NCBI GenBank assembly: GCA_965116925.1
Contig: OZ220744.1
Location: forward strand, 5,600,001-5,664,000
Length of the DNA stretch: 64,000 nt
DNA from: Candidatus Poribacteria bacterium
GTDB taxonomy: Bacteria > Poribacteria > WGA-4E > PCPOR2b
Direction: 5' to 3'
In this document: one piece after another, positions 58,446-64,000 of the stretch
Position numbering within the stretch: the stretch's first letter is position 1
Layout of the letters: the number at the start of each line of letters is the position of its first letter
Made by a program: the position numbers and the translations under genes
Notes under the pieces: generated by a model
The model's input: only the letters and a program-made list of their open reading frames with translations
What the model was told of the DNA's origin: nothing
Database searches by the model: none

Positions 58446-58482
58446 TACCAAGACACACCTTTGAGATTTTTTCTAGCACTTT
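58446..58482 (-). promoter_or_regulatory. ECF-type promoter motif copy at the head of the array
   Basis: GTGCTAGAAAAAATCTCAAAGGTGTGTCTTGGTA. Confidence 0.6.
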
Positions 58483-58890
58483 TTTATGTGGTAGCCCTTC
58501 ACTAAAGTGTGGTAGGGTCATTTAATTCTCCCATATTATTGCTGAATCACGGATAGACGCGGATTAACAGATTACAGGGATAAAAGATGCTATCGACAGT
58601 TGGCACAAGAACGCGCAATGAACGCGCTACTACAAACTGTGGGGAGACCGGCTGCGCCGCCTGCGGATTCGTGTCATTCCGAAATCGCTCAAAAAATGGA
58701 AAACTAAATAGCCCTAAAAGTGTGGAGTTATGACTTGACAATCAGGGGATCCACTGACTACCTTTATGTATCCCAACAATAAGGAGAGTCAGCACATGGA
58801 TCCCCAACAGAATCTTGCCTAAGAAGCCGTTGCAATTAACAGCGGGACTATGGTTTCAAACGATAAACGCAATTATCAGGTCTAAAAATT

Positions 58891-59556
58891 CTAATTGGCA
58901 TAGTCTAGCACATAGATCTGATTTGTCTGGGGCAGATCTGATTTACTCACCTCAATCTGTGATTGACCCTGATAATGGACAACTTCCGCCGGAAAGCGTG
59001 CGGTGAAATCATCTACAGGCAAGATTCGAGTGAGCGTGACTTTGTCGGTTAGGTAGTGCATCGGAATCGTCACCTTTGGCTGAATCGCATCAATGACTTC
59101 ATCAAGATCGTTCAGTTCAATAGTTGGAGGACCGCCTGTTAGCACAAGCAGGATATCGACGCCCTTGAAAAATTCGAGTTGTGTCTCGCTCAGAGGGTTT
59201 CCCACATCGCCCATGTGCCCGATTTCGATGCCCTCAACGCCAAATCGATACATTGCATTCTGATCCGGATCGCTTTTATGTACTATGCTCTCCATAGCCG
59301 GCACAGATAAGAAGCGAATCCCTTTGACCTCCGCACCGGTTTCTGTAATATCGAGCGCATTAATCACGATAGGATCGCCCGCCACCATATCCGCACAACT
59401 GTGAAACCGGTCAGTCGCTGAGCTCATAATCACGATATCCACCGGTTCGTCGATCGGGTCATAGCCAGCGACTTCGGGGGTATACGGATCGGTTACAATT
59501 CGAGTCCCGTTTCCTTCTAGCAAAAACGTAGCGTGTCCACACCATCTGATTTTCAT
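58891..59556 (-). CDS. MBL-fold metallo-hydrolase (UlaG-like)
   Basis: WCGHATF, TDPY, HMGD, IPMHY. Confidence 0.85.
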   Translation of the reverse strand: MKIRWCGHATFLLEGNGTRIVTDPYTPEVAGYDPIDEPVDIVIMSSATDRFHSCADMVAGDPIVINALDITETGAEVKGIRFLSVPAMESIVHKSDPDQNAMYRFGVEGIEIGHMGDVGNPLSETQLEFFKGVDILLVLTGGPPTIELNDLDEVIDAIQPKVTIPMHYLTDKVTLTRILPVDDFTARFPAEVVHYQGQSQIEVSKSDLPQTNQIYVLDYAN

Positions 59557-59603
59557 AATAATTCCCTCCTGTTACCAACGGTTATGCAACCTGTTTCAAA
59601 AAT

Positions 59604-59734
59604 GACTCATGTTAAGAGATCGTGCAATAGAATTAGGACTTCATACCTCGACTGCACCAATGAACAAATTATTTTCACGTTTCACGCATCACGTTTCACG
59701 CTTTTGCACCCTGTACTTTCTTTTGGCATGAGGC
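59604..59734. mobile_element. Degenerate MITE family A copy with TTTCACG-repeat cargo
   Basis: GACTCATGTTAAGAGATCGTGCA...TACTTTCTTTTGGCATGAGG; no clean TSD. Confidence 0.55.
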
Positions 59735-59760
59735 TTAGGATTTTTCCCACCATGTTTCCC

Positions 59761-61581
59761 TTATCGTTCGATAATAGGTAAAACTACGTGCGACGGGTGC
59801 CCAGGCTCATGATAAATCGTCTGCTCTGCAATCTCAAGCCGCCGCTCAACCCCCAAATCACCACCCGTGTTCGGATTCACATCAAAGCGAGGCCAATTGC
59901 TGCTGGAAATATCTAAGCGAATTCGGTGCCCCTTCTTGAAAATGTTGGAGGTTGGATAAAGTTCAAAGACAAACTCGTAGACCTTCCCCGGCTCTAGTAA
60001 CTCTGGAGTGTCCCAACCATTTCGGTAACGCGCACGGATAATGGAGTCTGTCAGGTTGATAGCGAGCCCATCAGGATAATCATCGCTCAATGGACAGACA
60101 TCAATCAGTTTGGCTGTAAAGTCGGTATCGTGGGCAGATGATGAGGCGTGGAGTTTGACCGTAATTGGTCCCGTAACCTCCACATCGCTCTCCAACGGAG
60201 GCGTCTGGAACGTCAGCACATCGCTGCGGGCATTGAGGGGAAGGGTGTCTTGGCAACCAAAGAATCTTGAGTTCCCACGTTGATCAAACGCGCCAGCACC
60301 CATGATCGGATCTGCAGCGGAGATGCCGCCACCAATGGTTGGGACGGGATCTCGCGGATCAAAGCTAAAGCGACTTGTCGATTCGTCTACCGTTGGTAGC
60401 GTGGTGGACAGATCGCCATCAGCATGAAGATAGTAGGGCGTGAATTGGGTATCGGGCAGGGGAAAGTCCTGCTCATCGCGCCAGTGGCCGCTGTGATGGA
60501 GGCGTCCCTGATAGTTAGGGATCCCTTCGCCGGTGCCCATCACAAAAATCTTGACCGGGGACCAGTCGGAAACCTCCGTGTGCATCCCTTTGAGGAAATG
60601 ATCGAACCACGCCAACCGCAGGTCATTGTAATTGATGAAGGAGTGATTCCCGAAATCAACATCACCTGCATTCGTCACACCCCAGCCACCATGCGTCCAC
60701 GGTCCCATCATAAGTACCTGCCGTGATTTTTTCATCTTGCTGAGCGCGGTATAATTCTCGCATGTTGCCCGTGCATACGAGTCATACCACCCACCGAGGT
60801 AGAGCGTCGGCACATCAGCGTGTTCTTCGTAATACTGGGAGATGGCGTACCCACGTTGCTTCCAATAGTCATCATATTCTCCGTGAGTGAATAGATCGAT
60901 CACCCACTGTTCGTAATTCGGCAGCATCCGTAGTGGCGACGTGCCTTTCTTGAGCGGCGCACGGGACACCCATTCGCCCACGTTTGCAAACGCCCTGTCA
61001 ACCGCAGCTTTGATATTAGCATCAGCAAACGCTTCCTTGCTGGTGGTCGCCATGCGGAAGGCGTAGATCATGAACCGTTGTTCAAGGGCCCCGTTTTGTC
61101 GCATCGAACAGTGATAGTAATTCGACGCACCGACGGCGACGATCATCGTCGAAAGATGTGGTGGGTTGAGCGTTGCTAACGCGGACTGGTCACTGCCGCA
61201 ATACGACGCGCCCATCGTGCCGACCTGTCCATCACTCCACTCTTGGGCGGCGAGCCATTCCACCGTATCGTAACCATCGGGGGCTTCTTTGGCGAAGGGA
61301 TACCACTCCCCCTCGCTGACGAATCTGCCTCGGACATCCTGAATCGCGCAGACGTAGCCGCGCCGGGCGTAGTAGGTCCCATTCGTCACATTTCCCGATC
61401 CCGCCTTGTCGTAGGGGGTACGTTCTAAGATGACCGGAAATTTTCCTGACGCTGGCTGACCATTCAGTGAAGGCAAGTAGATATCGGTTGCTAAGCGGAC
61501 ACCATCGCGCATCGGAATCATCACGTTGGACTGGCAAATCGCATCGTACTGCTGGTATGAACCTTGATATGATTCGGGCAT
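59761..61581 (-). CDS. CocE/NonD family hydrolase
   Basis: MRDGVRLATD, RTPY, QDVRGRFxSEG, GASY, GGWYD, GPWTH. Confidence 0.93.
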   Translation of the reverse strand: MPESYQGSYQQYDAICQSNVMIPMRDGVRLATDIYLPSLNGQPASGKFPVILERTPYDKAGSGNVTNGTYYARRGYVCAIQDVRGRFVSEGEWYPFAKEAPDGYDTVEWLAAQEWSDGQVGTMGASYCGSDQSALATLNPPHLSTMIVAVGASNYYHCSMRQNGALEQRFMIYAFRMATTSKEAFADANIKAAVDRAFANVGEWVSRAPLKKGTSPLRMLPNYEQWVIDLFTHGEYDDYWKQRGYAISQYYEEHADVPTLYLGGWYDSYARATCENYTALSKMKKSRQVLMMGPWTHGGWGVTNAGDVDFGNHSFINYNDLRLAWFDHFLKGMHTEVSDWSPVKIFVMGTGEGIPNYQGRLHHSGHWRDEQDFPLPDTQFTPYYLHADGDLSTTLPTVDESTSRFSFDPRDPVPTIGGGISAADPIMGAGAFDQRGNSRFFGCQDTLPLNARSDVLTFQTPPLESDVEVTGPITVKLHASSSAHDTDFTAKLIDVCPLSDDYPDGLAINLTDSIIRARYRNGWDTPELLEPGKVYEFVFELYPTSNIFKKGHRIRLDISSSNWPRFDVNPNTGGDLGVERRLEIAEQTIYHEPGHPSHVVLPIIER

Positions 61582-61786
61582 GGGCTCTCTCCTCAAAAAA
61601 GGCGTGTATAGAGGTATCGGTAAACTCTAATTGTAAGGGGTGCGTTTAACCTACTATCCTAACAGACAAATGGGTGTGCTGCAACAAAAATTCAATATTT
61701 CCTTATTGACATCAGTTCTCAAGTAGGATAATCTAAATGTTGTCCATCTTTTATCTTAGAGCTCGACGACATTTGGAGGAAATACA

Positions 61787-62626
61787 ATGAACACACCACG
61801 TATCGATGACCGTGACTGGTCAGCCTTGACGCTTGGCGAGCAAATTCGCCAGATCGAAGTTGAAGGCTATCTCTTACTACCTGACCTACTATCTCCTGAC
61901 CACGTCGATCGACTCAAGTCGGAGACTGCGAAGTTGGAAACTACACCGGTGGATTACAGCGTACATCAGCGGGGCTGTCCGAACCTCCAATTTAGAGGTG
62001 GGGCTATCACAGAGCTGCTTGCCCATCCCCCAACGCTGTCATTCTTGGGAGAACTTTTTGGCGACGAAATCATCATGATGAGCTACGGCTACGCCCGTTC
62101 CGAGCCAGGACATCCGGGCATCAGTCTGCATACAGACGGACAGCCCTACGGCTCCCAAATTTTCGGTTACGACGGCAGCGTTCCGTTTATGGTCCGGGTG
62201 CTATATTACCTCGACGATCTCACCCCGGAGGTTTCGCCGTTCCGTGTCATCCCGCGATCCCATCTCTCGATGCACGCCGATGCGAATCCCTACAAACGTT
62301 TTGAATCGCACCCCGAAGAGGTGATGGTCCCTGCGAAAGCAGGTTCAGCGGTACTGATTAACCACAAGGTTTTTCACGGGAACTATCCTAATGTTGGTGA
62401 CTATCCCCGTGAAATGCTCGCTATCGCTTACCGTCCGGGCTGGGCAGGGCCCCAAGACAAAGTATCAACTTGGGAGGATGAAGATCTATCGAAATTGCCA
62501 AATTCCGTCAGACCGCTATTCGGTGACCGTAACACCCGTCACTGGGATTATCACGGTGGCAACAAACCGCCAAACATGAAAAAAGAAGCGCCGGGAATGA
62601 ACCCAAGTCGGTGGGAGCGTGCGTAG
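61787..62626 (+). CDS. PhyH family dioxygenase
   Basis: LHTD, YYLDD, PRSH, FHG. Confidence 0.85.
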   Translation: MNTPRIDDRDWSALTLGEQIRQIEVEGYLLLPDLLSPDHVDRLKSETAKLETTPVDYSVHQRGCPNLQFRGGAITELLAHPPTLSFLGELFGDEIIMMSYGYARSEPGHPGISLHTDGQPYGSQIFGYDGSVPFMVRVLYYLDDLTPEVSPFRVIPRSHLSMHADANPYKRFESHPEEVMVPAKAGSAVLINHKVFHGNYPNVGDYPREMLAIAYRPGWAGPQDKVSTWEDEDLSKLPNSVRPLFGDRNTRHWDYHGGNKPPNMKKEAPGMNPSRWERA

Positions 62627-62668
62627 GAGAGTGTAGAACAGATTAAAACAGAAAGAAAGGGTAAACTC

Positions 62669-63655
62669 ATGGCAAACATCCACATTCCAAAAACTTGGGA
62701 AATCTCAGAGCAAGAAGTTACGCCGGAAGCCGCTTTTATCAATCGGCGGCGATTCTTGAGAACGCTTGCCGGTGCCGGTTTGAGCATCGCCGGCGGATCC
62801 ATGCTCAGTTATGCAACCGAAGCGGAGGCAAAGAAACCGGAACTAATAGACCCGAATCTGATGAAATTTGAATCGGTCGAACGAAATCCGGCCTTTATGA
62901 AGGTTGACCGCCCCATCACCGACAGAGATGTTGCGGCCAAGTATAACAATTTCTATGAATTCGGCGGCTCAAAATCGATCTGGGAAGCGGCGCAGGCGTT
63001 GCCGACCGAAAATTGGAAGGTAGAGGTCACCGGCTTAGTCCGTAATCCTCGCACCTATGACTTGGATGACCTCAAGAAAAAATTTCCCCTTGAAGAGCGG
63101 GTCTATCGCTTCCGTTGTGTTGAGGCGTGGGCGATGGTTGTTCCGTGGCTCGGTTTTACGATGAAACACATCATTGACGATGTTGAGCCGACCTCTGAGG
63201 CGAGATTTGTTCGCTTCATCTCGTATTACAACCGGCAGATTAACAAAGGACCAGGACGTCGTACGTCTCATCCTTGGCCCTATACAGAGGGGCTCCGCAC
63301 CGACGAAATGGCAAACGAATTGGCGTTTTTTGCCATCGGCATCTACGGTCACGAACTTCCAAAGCAGCACGGTGCCCCCATCCGCCAAGTCATACCGTGG
63401 AAGTATGGGTTCAAAGGTGCTAAGTCTATCGTAAAAATTGAATTTCTCAACTATCAACCGAAGACGTTCTGGAATGAACTTCAACCGCACGAATACGGGT
63501 TTGAGGCGAATGTCGAGCCCGACGTACCACACCCACGATGGTCACAAGCCTCCGAACGGATGATTGGTTCCGGCCCGGCCTTCATGTGGAAAAGACGCGA
63601 TACGCTGCTCTACAACGGTTACGCCGAACAGGTTGCACATCTTTACGATCGATAA
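62669..63655 (+). CDS. msrP: Protein-methionine-sulfoxide reductase catalytic subunit (Tat-exported, Moco)
   Basis: NRRRFL Tat motif, YNNFYEFG, RFRCVEAW, HGAP.R..PWKYGFK, HPRWSQA. Confidence 0.93.
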   Translation: MANIHIPKTWEISEQEVTPEAAFINRRRFLRTLAGAGLSIAGGSMLSYATEAEAKKPELIDPNLMKFESVERNPAFMKVDRPITDRDVAAKYNNFYEFGGSKSIWEAAQALPTENWKVEVTGLVRNPRTYDLDDLKKKFPLEERVYRFRCVEAWAMVVPWLGFTMKHIIDDVEPTSEARFVRFISYYNRQINKGPGRRTSHPWPYTEGLRTDEMANELAFFAIGIYGHELPKQHGAPIRQVIPWKYGFKGAKSIVKIEFLNYQPKTFWNELQPHEYGFEANVEPDVPHPRWSQASERMIGSGPAFMWKRRDTLLYNGYAEQVAHLYDR

Positions 63656-63732
63656 TGCGCTGCGAATCGCGAATTCCCGGCAATCGAAAAATTACAAAAT
63701 GTAAAACGTGCGGAGTTATGTGCTTCAGATTG

Positions 63733-63760
63733 TAGGGAACGCAGATCTGCGTTCCCTACC
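63733..63760. repeat. GTAG-type REP palindrome
   Basis: GTAGGGAACGCAGATCTGCGTTCCCTAC perfect palindrome. Confidence 0.7.
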
Positions 63761-63817
63761 AGTTGTGCAAGTCCAAAAAAATGTAAAATGTAAGAACGTT
63801 TTAGTGCTTGCTCATCT

Positions 63818-64000
63818 TCAGATCAGTTCCGCAACCCGAGTCGCAACCTTCCGAAAGGCTTCGATGTACTGGTCTAACAGTGCCTTGTTGGGTCTGGAGA
63901 AGACCGGAATAGTAAATAGGTCTTCGCGTGGGTTCTCAGAAACGGGCAGGTCTCCATCCTGATATGTCACTTCCCGTTGATTTTCAGGACGAGTGAAAGC
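63818..64000 (-). CDS. 3' end of a probable DegT-like aminotransferase (partial, runs off window end)
   Basis: Manual translation ...YQDGDLPVSE...LLDQYIEAFRKVATRVAELI*. Confidence 0.55.
   Translation of the reverse strand, partial: AFTRPENQREVTYQDGDLPVSENPREDLFTIPVFSRPNKALLDQYIEAFRKVATRVAELI

Noticed and set aside
58735..58860. Promoter-like TTGACA + SD AAGGAG + ATG 58796 (MDPQQNLA*)
   Set aside because: Only 8 codons; probably a gene remnant that cannot be assigned
1..64000. tRNA (including tRNA-Sec), rRNA or intact transposase genes
   Set aside because: None recognised by eye; a covariance-model scan would be needed to exclude tRNAs fully

Overview
Bacterial chromosomal window, most likely from a Candidatus Poribacteria-like sponge symbiont. 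This is inferred from the many PhyH dioxygenases, the secreted proteins ending in a '(T/M)WGxLK' motif and the ElbD-like lipid enzyme. Bases 1-33.8 kb hold housekeeping and metabolic genes: infC-rpmI-rplT, a Phe T-box leader with pheS-pheT, lexA, trmB, aminotransferases and an ElbD-like reductase-adenylation-ACP-acyltransferase. At 33820-34488 is a gene the ORF track only partly captured: a signal peptide, an in-frame TGA-x-x-TGA (U-S-A-U) with SECIS-like hairpins, then a beta-barrel. It is a candidate di-selenocysteine outer-membrane protein. Bases 34.5-58.5 kb form a 24-kb tandem array. It contains six paralogous membrane-anchored ECF sigma factors with variable extracytoplasmic domains, ten secreted PD40/TolB-like beta-propellers with variable loops, 11 copies of one ECF-type promoter motif and a repeated terminator. 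Intergenic DNA is rich in MITEs (one family has clear 8-bp target duplications and swappable palindromic cargo) and GTAG-type REP palindromes. No rRNA, tRNA, CRISPR array or intact transposase was seen.
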